Source: Rebecca billardiae RCC1528
Lineage: Eukaryota > Protista > Haptophyta
Direction: 5' to 3'
DNA: 64,000 nucleotides
Assembly (NCBI GenBank): GCA_965240325.2
Contig: OZ251247.1
Location: forward strand, 620,001 to 684,000
Part shown: positions 48,229 through 59,641 of the stretch, piece by piece
Layout: each line of letters starts with the position of its first letter
Numbering within the stretch: the stretch's first letter is position 1
Program-made: the position numbers and the translations under genes
The notes under the pieces: generated by a model
Seen by the model: only the letters and a program-made list of their open reading frames with translations
The model's database searches: none
What the model was told of the DNA's origin: nothing

Positions 48229-49946
48229 TAGGGGGGCCAAAGTGGCACTGTGACGTGACTGACGGCTACGAGCGCTGGTCCTAGCGAGTGTTTAGCGCTG
48301 AATTGGGGCTGGATCATATGCCCTCTGGAGGGGTCTGGGCCAGCCAAGTAAAAAAAGCAGGTGCACATACCCTGAATATAGGGCGTAACGGCTAGCATAT
48401 TTACTTATTAGAATGAGCCTGAACTTATTGGAAACGGCATGTAACGGCTGTCTTATATGTGACATATAGACCATGTCGACTTCACTTTGATAGAGCATCT
48501 CGGCGAGATCGTTCTGAGTCCCCAGCAGCAGCAGGTCCCAACATGCGATATAAGCTGTGTACTGGCAGGCTGTCAAACACGTAGTTTCCCGGAAGCCACT
48601 GGTCGTTACATACCCACCGTGTATATAGACGCCATGCTGATGAATACAGTCTCGTCTGATCTCGAGCCGCGAGATACGTTTTCAGACTGTGTATACGGCC
48701 ACGCGTACGGCGTATTGCAGACATAGTAGACCCAAAGCACCGGCCCCATGTCCTCAGCCCGGGAGTACTCTCGGTCATAATCAAGGTTTAAAGTCACTCG
48801 AGCCAACCGTCACCGCTCCATGGCCGAGACCTACGAGGCAGGTCAAATCTGTCGTCATCGCAGTGCGGCACAGTGCCGAGCATGCGATTCGGCAGCAAAC
48901 GCCTGCTCCAGGTGGTGGCTGGCGTCTCTGCACCAAACCAGGCCGGATGGGATCGGTCCATATACGTACGCCCTACCCTGTTCCGCGCTATTTCTGGGCG
49001 TTGGGGCGGATATTCGGCCTACAGAGGCTGATCCGGCGCTGTTCGGCGCTCCTGGCTGGCTGCGCGGAGCCCAATGGCAAGCGCCGGCGTGTGCAAGGTG
49101 TCAAGATTGAGACGATCTCTGACGCTCCCGCCGGTCTTGGGCGCACCACGTGCATGGAGGCCCATCTGCGTCTGCTTCTGCAGGCATGCGCGTCACAGGG
49201 GCGCGCTTGTAGGCACGGTCGAGTGCACGTCGGAGGCCTGTCGAATGAGCCAACCGCTGCCTGCGAGCACGTCCGCAACGTCCTGAGAGGCGAATGGGAG
49301 GCGCCCCGACGCCATCTGGGGGCACGCATGACCCATACCCAACGTGCTGACCATCGCCAGTGCCACGGCAGGTGCAAACACGGGCCCTACGAGCGGAACA
49401 TGACAGTTGCGGGCTCCGCGGAGGTGTTGCGCGCGAGCTCGCGCAGGTCTGCTGACGGCGATTCCGGCGCAGCAGGGCAGGTTAGGCGAGCTGGGCATCC
49501 ACGGATACACATGAACACTCGGGGCGAGCATCGATCTCCCCGGGGCGAGTTGATCTTGAGCCACAAGGAGCGGTAGCGTGACGGTCGTACGCAGCGCACC
49601 AATTCAAGCCGGCCGACGCGCGCCGCGCACGGCGCGAGGTGGCCAAGAACCGGGTGGTGAGCCGCTGGTGGCGCAAAGACAAGGGTCAGAAGCGCCCACC
49701 AGCGTCACGCGCGCGCGCTCCCGAGACCATATCGGCGTCTCATGGGACGCGAGCGCGCGGCGGTCCACTGCCTCCGGCCGCTCGTGCTCGAGCGGAACCG
49801 AGCTCTGAGCGCCCGAACGCGTCGGAGCTCGATTTTCGAGCGGGGTCCGAGAAAAAGGCTCCGCGCCACCCTAAAAGGCCGAGGGAGGAGCGAAAATGCG
49901 CCGCGGCTTTGATTTTCTTTTTTTAATGAGCGGTTTGGCCCCCCTA
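48229..49946. mobile_element. hAT-like non-autonomous element, copy B, 7-bp TSD
   Basis: 13-bp perfect TIR TAGGGGGGCCAAA / TTTGGCCCCCCTA. TSD TGCCAGG at 48222-48228 and 49947-49953. Confidence 0.88.
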
Positions 49947-50698
49947 TGCCAGGCTTCGCGCCGTGCGCTCCTGCGGCCGTCGAGTCGGGCAGCGGAGGCG
50001 ACACGGGCCGTCGCAGAGCCGCCCGGTGCCACTCTCTGCGCTGTGCGCGTTCCTCATCATCACCTCCTGTGCGCCTTGAAGCAGCATGCAGGTGTGCGTA
50101 GACGCGATCGATGCGGAGGCGTTTATGCTTGCGTGCGCGTCTGAATTCAGCGGAGTCCGTCCGCACTAATTCAAATTGCTGAGAAACGCCGCGTACGTGG
50201 ATGATTATATCGTGCCTTGCCTACTACGTACGATCTCGTTGACTCGTCATGGCGAGTGGCCTCTTCAGTCAGCTGATCCGAAGGATGAGGCTACGACTCT
50301 TGAACACGAAGACGCGCGTGTGCGCATTTAGTGGCGCGTGACGAGCACAGCGACCCGGCGGCTCGATGTAACGTCACGTGCTGTGCTTTTAATGCTGCGC
50401 GGTTGCCGCACTCTCAGTCACTCCTGGCCTCGCCAGTGGCGCGAGGCCGGAGCCTTGAGGCGGGCCGTGGCTAGTGCCCCAATTCGCGAGCCCCGTCGCG
50501 TGCTGCGCGCGCGCCGTTGTTGGCACGCGCAGGCCGACCGGCGTCGGACGCACCGCCGCCACGGCCGGTCCGCCACTTTGATGATATGACGACTTATATA
50601 ATAATTAGTATATATATATATACTGGACGGAAGGCGCGGACGCATTCTATGTGTCTGTTGCACTCTGAGCCTGACGCTTGTCCGATGCTGCCACGTCG

Positions 50699-50850
<152 letters not shown>

Positions 50851-51014
50851 TTTATGGCAGTAGCAGCAGTACGACCGGCGGTACTCGCGCTGAGGCGCCT
50901 GCGCCGGTGACTCAGGTGGCATCGCGACAGAGTTATGTATGGGGTCGACGAGTCGCGGTCGTGCCTCGGCCAAGTGGCCGCCGGCCGAGTGCGCGCCGCC
51001 CCATACTACTACGG

Positions 51015-52306
51015 CTACCACCAAACCCACGCGTCTCGCAGCAGGACCTCTGAATACAGCGCCGTCGACTCTGCAGGCCTGCCACCGGGGCCTCCTACTT
51101 GCGGCGGCGGGCCGTATGGCGAGAGCTCGCTGCCGCGCATGTCCTGGCCGAGGATGCCCATGTCCACCGCCACGCGCGAGAACGCCTCGGCGACGGGCAC
51201 CGCCTGCACGCGCGCGCGGCGCTCGGTCGAGCGGAGGCATGTGGGCCGACGGCCGACGGCGGCGGGGGAGGCACCGCCGCTGGGCGCTCCCTGGTCGCGT
51301 CCGTGGCGCGCGGCGAGGCGCGCGCACCGTGCCGTCCGCGCGCTGTGCGCTCAGCAGCAGCGCGTCGCGGCGCGCGAGGAACTCAGTGTCCACCGCGAAG
51401 GTGCTGAGCTGCCGCCAGATCTGCGGCATGATGTCCTCAACCGCCGCCTCGCCCGGCGCCAGCCCGGCGGTGCTCAGCGCGGCGCGCGGCGAGAGGACTG
51501 GCAGAGGCTCCGCGTCTGCCCGCCCGTGGCCGGCGCGCGGCCAGCCGACGATCTGCGCGTACAGCGTCACGTTCGCGGCGGCGGGGCCGCACACCGCCTC
51601 GACGGTCACGGTGGCGGGCGGCCAGAGCCTCGTCCTGCTCGGCAGCACCGCACCGCTCACTGCCTCGCCCTTGCCGAGGCGGACAGTTGGGAGTGTGGGC
51701 GCGCCCGGTGGCACTGCCGCGCCGACGGCGCGGAACTGGACGATGCCGCGCTCGAAGACGAGGAGGAGGAAGAGCGAGTCGAGCGCGGTCTCGTCGGGTC
51801 CCTCCACGTAGAACTGCACGTCCGCCACCTTGTCCCCGCTCAGCATGCGCATCACGCGGCTGAGCAGGACCATCGTCGTGCGCCCGCCGTCCAGTCCGCG
51901 TTTGAACGGCTCCATCTGCGGCGGCACGCGCAGCCGGGGAGCGCACGCGCGCGGGGGCGTGGGGCGCATTGGTGGAGCGCGGGCGCACGCACGCGCGGGC
52001 GTGGCGCACGGTGCGCACCCAGAGCTTACGACCGGCGGGGTCGAGGGTGAAAAGGCTGATCGCGTTCTGCGTGCCCGCCGTCTCGGCAGTCGCCGACACG
52101 TAGGCGTACTCGAGGCGCCCGGCGTCAGCGAGTAGCCGCTGGACGGGTGCGCTCTCCAGGCGCGACCCGAACGTCGCGTTGCGCCACAGCTGCTGGTCCA
52201 GCATGAGTAGAAGCGCGCCGCCCATGAGGATGGCGATGCCGGCCGCGCCGGCGGCCCGCATTTTCGTCATCGTAAACTCGCGGAAACTGCTTGAGGAGAA
52301 TTGCAT
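51015..52306 (-). CDS. Hypothetical type II membrane protein, 3 exons
   Basis: Exons 52306-52019, 51915-51328 and 51203-51015 join in frame at GTGCGC/CAG sites. N-terminal [18 protein letters not shown]; start could be the downstream MTKM. No domain recognised. Confidence 0.7.
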
Positions 52307-52435
52307 CGCGTCAACAATAGCAGACGCAGTGCGTACTTACGTCATTATTGTGTCAAGTGACTAACAAGTGAGACTGACGTATGCCATGTCGTGAAAAGCC
52401 GCACCCACTCTCAGCTGGCGTCCCGGCTGGCCAGC

Positions 52436-53938
52436 TCACAACGGCGGGAGGTGCTCGATACGCATCGGCGGCCACGTGGATTCGATCTCAGTCACAGTGG
52501 CCGTGCTCGCGCCGAGGCCGAGCGCAGCCGACCGCAAGCCGCACGCGTGCACTGCCCCGTCCGCTGTGACGTACAGCGCGTGGTTCTCAGACAGCGCGCA
52601 GTCAAGCACGCTCGTCGCTGACGCCAACTCGTGCATGCGCACCGGCAGCATCAGCTCCCAGGGAGCCGCGCCCGTCTGCCGAAGCTGGCCCCAACGGTTG
52701 TCCCCAAACGTGTGCGCGCTGCCGTCCGCTCCCAGCACTGCGCTGCTGTGAGCACCCGCACACGCACGCACCGCGCGCACGCCTGCCAGCGCAGCAATGG
52801 GCCTGGGTACTAGCTCGGATACGTCGGTACCGTGCCCAAACTGGCCAAACTGCCCCGACCCGAACGAGTGCACCCTGCCCACCGCGTCCACCACCAGGCT
52901 GTGCGCACAGCCCGCGCTCACGTGCACGGCGCGCACGCCCGCGAGTGCCTCGATGCGCCTCGGCGTGTGCTGATTCCGATGGTAGCCGTGGCCGAGCTCG
53001 CCAAAGTAGCCGTAGCCGCACGAGAAGACGGCGCCTTGTGCAGAGAGCAGTAGCGAGTGTATAGACGCTGCAGCCACGCCCCCCACGCGCACGCCGTCCA
53101 GCGCCTCGATGCGCGTCGGCTCCCACCGGTCCTCCGTGTCGCCGTGGCCGAGCTGGCCGCGGTGGTTGTAGCCCCAGCTGTACGCGCACCCAGCTGCGGT
53201 GAGCGCGAGGCTGTGGTGGCAGCCAGCGGCAATGCCCACGACGAGCTCGGCGTCCAGCGCAGGCAGTGGCAGGAATGCCAGTGCGTCGTCCGCCTGGTGA
53301 CCCAGCCCGAGCTGGCCCAAGTCGTTGCCACCGCAGCCGTACACTGTGCCAGCCTCGCTCAGCGCGAGCAGGTGGGCACGGCCAGCGGCCACGGAGCACA
53401 CGCGCACTGCGCTGAGCGAGGCGACGCGCGTGGGCTCGCGTGCCATGTCGGCACCCGTGACGCCAAGGGCGCGGGCAGGACGAACGTCCGCCCGCCCGTC
53501 CTCGTCCCACACCAGCTCCTCGCCGCACGTGTGCAGCCCGCCCTCCGCGTCCACAAACGCGCTGAACGACGAGAAAGGGTGGATGCGGCCGCCGATAGCC
53601 ACGGGCATCGCGTGCGCCCACGCCAGCTCATACACGTAGTCGCGGATGAACAGCTCCTCGGTCCACGTGCGCGCGCCCGCCGGCAGCTCGGTCGACAGCG
53701 CGCCAGCGTGCCCACGAGCACGAGCGCGCGCGCGCAGCGCGTGCTCGACCGGCGAGCGGCCGCCGGGCGCGCCGCGGAAGAGGCGTGCCGTGGCGTTGGC
53801 GCTGACGATGGCGGGCAGCGATGCGAACGACAGGATGCGCTCGATGATCTCAGGGGGCATGCTCGCCAGCTGCCGCGCCGCCGCCGCCGACGGGTCCAGC
53901 CGCGGCGGTGCAGTGTCGTCAGTAGTGATGATCGCCAT
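52436..53938 (-). CDS. F-box-like + RCC1-repeat protein, copy 6 (500 aa)
   Basis: Intact ORF, LASMPPEIIERIL plus RCC1 repeats. Confidence 0.92.
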   Translation of the reverse strand: MAIITTDDTAPPRLDPSAAAARQLASMPPEIIERILSFASLPAIVSANATARLFRGAPGGRSPVEHALRARARARGHAGALSTELPAGARTWTEELFIRDYVYELAWAHAMPVAIGGRIHPFSSFSAFVDAEGGLHTCGEELVWDEDGRADVRPARALGVTGADMAREPTRVASLSAVRVCSVAAGRAHLLALSEAGTVYGCGGNDLGQLGLGHQADDALAFLPLPALDAELVVGIAAGCHHSLALTAAGCAYSWGYNHRGQLGHGDTEDRWEPTRIEALDGVRVGGVAAASIHSLLLSAQGAVFSCGYGYFGELGHGYHRNQHTPRRIEALAGVRAVHVSAGCAHSLVVDAVGRVHSFGSGQFGQFGHGTDVSELVPRPIAALAGVRAVRACAGAHSSAVLGADGSAHTFGDNRWGQLRQTGAAPWELMLPVRMHELASATSVLDCALSENHALYVTADGAVHACGLRSAALGLGASTATVTEIESTWPPMRIEHLPPL

Positions 53939-54128
53939 TGTCCGAGTGAAGGAAAGCGCAGCGGTGCGGGGTCGCGCTGGTCAGCGTACCAACTGTACTC
54001 AGTTCAGTATGTATTGCGCACATATCTACTACTACTTTATCTAGCAGAACAGTGCATGTACTATGTAGTAGTGTCGTGCGCTCAGCGCCGAGCTCAGTAG
54101 CCACTAACACTGGGCACCACAGCGCGCG

Positions 54129-55289
54129 CTACTCACATTTGAGCGGGTGGTACAGCAGGGGCTTCGTCCTCGACGCTGGTGCGGCCACCGCGAACCTAGC
54201 CGAGTGCGCCGCCGAGTATACTGCGTCATCATGCTGTCGCGGGTTGCCACTACTACCCGTTCGCCCGCGGCCGCCGGCACCACGAGCCGTGCCGCTGCGC
54301 CGCCTGCACGCCGCGCGCACGAGCGCTTGGGCGTCGACCGTGCCCTGCGGGTTGCGCGCGCCGCCTCGCCACGTGACCACGCCGCTCGCGCCCGCGCGGA
54401 GCACGTCGCGCACCACGCACTCCGACCGCCCCGCCGCCGCCATGCGCTCACAGACCAGCGGCACCGCGATCTCGTGGTGCGCGTACCCGCGGCCGGTGCG
54501 CAGCTCCGCGTCGAGCGCGGCGGCCACGCCGCGCGAGAGGCGGAGCACGGCGGTCATGCAGATGGGCACCGAGGTCACGTTGGGCTCGGCGCAGTACGAG
54601 CACACGCTCGGCGCGTCCCACGGCCCCGTGCCCGGCAGCTCGCGCCGGCCGCACGACGAGGCCAACACAAACTCCGCGCTGGGCGGCAGACCGTCGCCCG
54701 CGTACGCGCCCAGGCCGCGCGAGGCGCCGGCTGGGCGGGCGAAGCGGGCGAGGAGCGCGCCCACGTCAGGCGAGACGACGAGGTCGTACTCGAAGAACCA
54801 CACCTCGGCCATGCGCTGCCGCGCCTGCCACATGACCATCGCCACCTTGGCCATCCGCGAGTTGCCCATGTAGTGGCGCACGCTCGTCTGGTTGTAGCCG
54901 AGCGCCGCGAGCGTGCGCGCCATGCCGGGCGTGGTGTAGCTCACGACGAAACCGTCGGCCGCGCTCGACACCGCCGAGGCCGCCTGCCGCACGGCCGCCT
55001 CCCCGTCCTGCGCGTCGAGCAGCACGCCGACAGCGCAGCGCGCCGGCGCGCCGCACGCGAGCGCGTGAAAGCGCTCGCGCACGCACGGCGTCCAGGTGTG
55101 CGTCATCAGCACGAGCGCGCACGGTCGCTCTGTCTGCAAGCGCTCAGTGACGCCGTGCGCACCGGGTGCGCCCGCGCACGACCGATCGCCAAGCGCGAGC
55201 AGGAGCAGCAGCCGTCCACGCCATGTTGTCGCCATCGTGCTCGCACAAAACACTGCTGCGGCGAGAGTGCCAGTGTTCATCAGTGCCAA
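54129..55289 (-). CDS. Secreted protein, DUF3405-like putative glycosyltransferase (start may be 55235)
   Basis: Signal-like MATTWRGRLLLLLALG. VWFFEYDLV and terminal LYHPLK resemble the WxxExD and HPVK motifs of DUF3405-type proteins. Confidence 0.55.
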   Translation of the reverse strand: MALMNTGTLAAAVFCASTMATTWRGRLLLLLALGDRSCAGAPGAHGVTERLQTERPCALVLMTHTWTPCVRERFHALACGAPARCAVGVLLDAQDGEAAVRQAASAVSSAADGFVVSYTTPGMARTLAALGYNQTSVRHYMGNSRMAKVAMVMWQARQRMAEVWFFEYDLVVSPDVGALLARFARPAGASRGLGAYAGDGLPPSAEFVLASSCGRRELPGTGPWDAPSVCSYCAEPNVTSVPICMTAVLRLSRGVAAALDAELRTGRGYAHHEIAVPLVCERMAAAGRSECVVRDVLRAGASGVVTWRGGARNPQGTVDAQALVRAACRRRSGTARGAGGRGRTGSSGNPRQHDDAVYSAAHSARFAVAAPASRTKPLLYHPLKCE

Positions 55290-55395
55290 CCGTCGGACCG
55301 CCGTTGTGGAGCCGCATCAGCGCTCCCGCACGGCGCCCCCCCTCGACTTCGAACTCGCTCCGGAGCGAGCGGTGGGGCGGAAGCTTGCGCGTGCG

Positions 55396-56946
55396 ATGAA
55401 GCGGCAGGCGGGCGCCGTCTCCCCCACGCTCGCGAGCATGCCGACCGACGTGATCGAGCGCATCGCTGCGTCGCTGCCCACGCCGCGCGATCTCGCCGCC
55501 GCCAACGCCACCTCGCGCCTCTTCCGCCGCGCGCCGCCCGGCGGCCGCTCGTCGGTCGAGCGCGCGCTGCGCGAGCGCGCCCACGCGCGCGGGCACACTC
55601 GCGCGCTGCCGCCGACGCTATTCGCGGGCACGTCCACTTGGACGGAAGAGCTCCTCGTGCGCGAGGCCACACTCGCCATGGCCCGCGCGCACGCTGCCGT
55701 CGTCGCGGGCGGCATTAACTTCAGCGCGTTTGTGGACGCGGAGGGCGGGCTGCACACGTGCGGCGAGGAGGAGGAGCGGGACGAACTCTGGCGTCGGACG
55801 GGCGAGTATCGGCCGCATTCGGCGGCGGGCCACACCGCCGTGCCCATCGCGCGCGTGCCGGTGCGCGTCGTCTCGCTGGCAGCGGTGCGCGTGCGTTCTG
55901 TGGCCGCTCGCGGTGACCACCTGCTCGCGCTGAGCGACGCCGGCGCTGTGTACGCGTGCGGCCACAACGACTTCGGCCAGCTTGGGCTGGGGAGCATCAG
56001 CAACCGGCGCGGCTTCCGCCCGATCGCTGCGCTGGCTGACGTCGTGGTGGTGTGCATCACCGCGGGCGGTTTGTACAGCCTCGCGCTCACCGCCGCGGGC
56101 TGTGCGTACAGCTGGGGCTTCAACTGCTACGGCCAGCTCGGCCACGGTGACAACGAGGAGCAGTGGGAGCCGACGCGCATCGAGGCGCTGGACGGCGTGC
56201 GCGTGGGTGGCCTGGCCGCGGGGCGCAACCACACGCTGCTTATGTCTGCGCACGGTGCCGTCTACTCGTGCGGCGATGGCAGCTGCGGCCAGCTCGGCCA
56301 CGGCGACGAGCAGGATCAGCACACGCCGAGGCGCATCGAGGCGCTCGCGGGCGTGCGCGCCGTGCACGTGAGCGCGGGCTGTGCGCACAGCCTGGTGGTG
56401 GACGGCGAGGGGGCGGTGTACGCGTTCGGACGGGCCGGCGGTGCGCATGCGCCGACGCTGCCGACGCGCATGTGGACGCTGGCTTGCGTGAGAGCGGTCA
56501 GCGCGAGCGCTGGCGATGCAAGCAGTGCGGTGCTGGGCGCAGACGGCAGCGTGCACACGTTCGGGAACGAGCACGGGCAGCTGGGCCTGGATGCCGCGTT
56601 TGCGCCGACCGCTCCAAGCCATGCTCGCGTGCTGGAGTGCACGTTCGGCTTTCGCCACACGCTCGTTGTCACCGCCGACGGCGCCGCGTACGCGTGCGGC
56701 CATCGGTCCGCTGCCGCTGCGCTCGGCCTCGGGCTGAGTGACCGCGGAGCCGACGAGACCGAGGCGGTGCTGTGGCGGTGGACGCCCGTGACGCGCATCG
56801 AGCAGCTGCCACGCCTACTGCCTGGCCTGCCCGGTGGCGGGTATTGCCGCGATGAGTCAGTCCGCATGGACGCATGGGGCAGCGCCACCCGCTGCTGGCT
56901 CTGTTATATCTCAGTGCAGCAGAGCCGCACGTATGCAAGCAGTTAA
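55396..56946 (+). CDS. F-box-like + RCC1-repeat protein, copy 7 (516 aa)
   Basis: LASMPTDVIERIAASLPTPRDLAAANATSRLFR plus RCC1 repeats; extended C-terminus. Confidence 0.9.
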   Translation: MKRQAGAVSPTLASMPTDVIERIAASLPTPRDLAAANATSRLFRRAPPGGRSSVERALRERAHARGHTRALPPTLFAGTSTWTEELLVREATLAMARAHAAVVAGGINFSAFVDAEGGLHTCGEEEERDELWRRTGEYRPHSAAGHTAVPIARVPVRVVSLAAVRVRSVAARGDHLLALSDAGAVYACGHNDFGQLGLGSISNRRGFRPIAALADVVVVCITAGGLYSLALTAAGCAYSWGFNCYGQLGHGDNEEQWEPTRIEALDGVRVGGLAAGRNHTLLMSAHGAVYSCGDGSCGQLGHGDEQDQHTPRRIEALAGVRAVHVSAGCAHSLVVDGEGAVYAFGRAGGAHAPTLPTRMWTLACVRAVSASAGDASSAVLGADGSVHTFGNEHGQLGLDAAFAPTAPSHARVLECTFGFRHTLVVTADGAAYACGHRSAAAALGLGLSDRGADETEAVLWRWTPVTRIEQLPRLLPGLPGGGYCRDESVRMDAWGSATRCWLCYISVQQSRTYASS

Positions 56947-57961
56947 GTATTCGGAGCCGGGACCGTACGGTTCACGACGATAGTATTATATTAACACTAG
57001 TACTAGTAGCCGACACGGTCACACGCGGCAAGCGGGCCCCGTCTACGCGCGGCTGCATGCGCGGTCGAGCAGCGCCTGGTATATAGCCTGGTAGCCACAC
57101 ACCACGAAGCTCACCTCGCCCCACAACTGCGCCGCCCGGCCCAGGATGGCCACCCAGCAGCGCAGATGCAGCTACTTGCAGGGCTCTTCGCCCTCTCAAC
57201 TTGGGGGTGACTTTCCCTCCTGACCCGTTTGCTTGGCATGGCTGCTGCTCTGGGTCGGAACGGGCGGCGAGGGGCGAGGCTGCGGCGGCACCGTCGTTGC
57301 ACCAGGCGTCGAGTTGGAGCGGTGCTTCTTCTCCCCAGCCTCAGCCTTGCCCTCCGCGGTTGCTCGAGGCTTCAGCTCTGGCTTTGATTGCCGTCGACGC
57401 GGCAAAGGATTCAGCGCCCCAGAGGCGCCGATGCCCGCATCGATGCGCCGGTCCATCGAAGCCGAGCGGTAGGGGCGGTGCACGGCGGAGTGCTCATGGC
57501 GCGGGTCCTGCTCGTGCCCGGGTCCGTGGAAGCCGTACCCGTCGTACCACACGCCGCCCCCCGGGCCTATGCCCCGCGACATGGACGCATGCACGGCTGT
57601 CAAGGACGATCATCCATTCCGGTCTCCAGCGGAGGCACCCGGATTTCCTTTCGCACCATCACAGCGACAGTTGGGCAGTGAGTTGAGAGTGGCGCCTGAG
57701 CCGTGCGCCTCTTATTCTTATTATCTAGAAAACTGTACGACAGAGTAGTAATAGTACATCAGTACTTTGCGTCCGTCCACGCGCATCGGTATTGCCGCCG
57801 CCGGCACGGATCACATCGCATGCACATCGGCGCGCGCTCTCAACAGGGTCCACTGGGGCCATGCGCCGCGTAGGCGGACGGCTCAGGCCGCGCGCAGCAT
57901 GCGATTGCGAGCGCCATGCGGCGGCCACGCCCACCACCGTCGCCAAGAGGCGCGTCTGCCG

Positions 57962-59464
57962 TCAGGACGAGCCCACCCGCCTCAGGGGTGGCAGCTCCGT
58001 GACGCGAGTGGGCGTGCGCCGGTCCGCCGTCCCGTGCTCCCGGCTCAGCCCAAGCCCGAGCGCCGCCGACTGTGAGCCGCTCGAATAGGCGGCGCCATCC
58101 GCGGTGACGAACAGCGCGAGGTCGCGGCTGGGCGCGCAGCCCACCACGCGCTCGTGTGAGAGGGCCGCCACGCGCGCCGGGGGCTGGAGGGCGGTGTAGC
58201 CGGCCCCCCGCACGAGCCCGCTGCAGACCCCCAGCGTGTGCACGCTGCCGTCCGCGCCCAGCACCACGCTGCCCCTATTGCCGGCGCGTGCGCGCACAGC
58301 GCGCACGCGTGCGAGCGACTCGACGGGTGCGGGCGCCGGCCAGTCGACACCCTGCGCTTCGGGGCACAGGCACGCGCCCGAGCCGAACGCGTGCACGGCC
58401 CCCTCGTCGTCCACCACCAGGCTGTGCCACACGCCCGCGCTCACGTGCACGGCGCGCAGGCCCGCGAGCGCCTCGATGCGCCTCGGCGTGTGCTGATGCT
58501 GCCGGTCGCCGTGGCCGAGGCGGCCTAGATGCCCGCCGCCGCAGGAGTAGACGGCGCCATGCGCGGCGAGCACGAGGACGTGTGCCATGCCGGCGGACAC
58601 TCCGCCGACGCGCACGCCGCGCAGCGCCTCGATGCGCGTCGGCTCCAACCGGTCCTCCGTGTCGCCGTGGCCGAGCTGGCCGCAGCTGTTGTGGCCCCAG
58701 CTGTACACGCAGCCATCCACACTGGAAGCAAAGCTGTAGGCTGCCCCAGCTGCGATGCACGCGGTAGTCTCGGGGGAGACCGCCCCATCCAGCCGCACGA
58801 AGCCATGGCGGGGCGCCGTGTCGCCCAGCCCGAGCTGCCCGTACTCGTTCTCGCCACAGCCGTACACAGCGCCAGCCTCGCTCAGCGCGAGCAGGTGGTC
58901 CCAGCCAGCGGCCACCGCGACCACGCGCACTGCGCTGAGCGAGGGCACGCGCGTGGGCACGGGGACAGGTGGGACGCTCGCGCGCGCCGCTGAGTGGCCC
59001 AGTGCCGTGGGTGCGCACCACACGCGCACGGCGGGCTCCTCGTCCCCCACCGCCTCCTCGCCGCACGTGTGCAGCCCGCCCTCCGCGCCCACAAACGCGC
59101 TGAACGCCAGCTTGGAGGTGCGGCTCGCGGCGGCCACGCGTGCGTGCGCGCATGCGAGCGCGGTGATTCGCTCGCGCACGAGCAGCTCCTCTATCCACGT
59201 GCACGCGTCCGTGGGTAGCGTCTCCGGAAGGGCGGAGTGGTGGCCGCGCGCATGCGCGCGCTCGCGCAGCGCGTGCTCGACAGGCGAGCGCCGCCCAGGA
59301 GCGCCACGGAAGAGGCGAGAGGCGGCGCTTGCGCTGACAATGGCCGACAGCGGCATGGCCAGCACGATGCGCTCGATGATATCCACGGGCATGTCCGTGA
59401 GCGTCCGCCCCGCCGCGTCGGAGGTGGATGATGGCGGTAGGGGGGTGACGCCGGCGGCCGCCAT
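57962..59464 (-). CDS. F-box-like + RCC1-repeat protein, copy 8 (500 aa)
   Basis: LTDMPVDIIERIV plus RCC1 repeats. Confidence 0.92.
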   Translation of the reverse strand: MAAAGVTPLPPSSTSDAAGRTLTDMPVDIIERIVLAMPLSAIVSASAASRLFRGAPGRRSPVEHALRERAHARGHHSALPETLPTDACTWIEELLVRERITALACAHARVAAASRTSKLAFSAFVGAEGGLHTCGEEAVGDEEPAVRVWCAPTALGHSAARASVPPVPVPTRVPSLSAVRVVAVAAGWDHLLALSEAGAVYGCGENEYGQLGLGDTAPRHGFVRLDGAVSPETTACIAAGAAYSFASSVDGCVYSWGHNSCGQLGHGDTEDRLEPTRIEALRGVRVGGVSAGMAHVLVLAAHGAVYSCGGGHLGRLGHGDRQHQHTPRRIEALAGLRAVHVSAGVWHSLVVDDEGAVHAFGSGACLCPEAQGVDWPAPAPVESLARVRAVRARAGNRGSVVLGADGSVHTLGVCSGLVRGAGYTALQPPARVAALSHERVVGCAPSRDLALFVTADGAAYSSGSQSAALGLGLSREHGTADRRTPTRVTELPPLRRVGSS

Positions 59465-59641
59465 TGGTGCGTCGTCCGCCAGGCGGGGACCGGTCGCCGA
59501 TTCACAGCCGCCCGCGCCCAGTTCCGGGTGGCTTGGTCCGGTGGTGGTGGTGGTGACGAGCTGACGAACGCTTCCGCATCAAGCCGGCTGATGACTAGTC
59601 CCGACGCACCAACTCACACGCATCTAGCTACGCAAGGTACG

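Noticed and set aside
57196-57603. 135-aa minus-strand ORF
   Set aside because: No ATG start or recognisable domain; it sits next to a dispersed repeat and is probably a retroelement or gene remnant.
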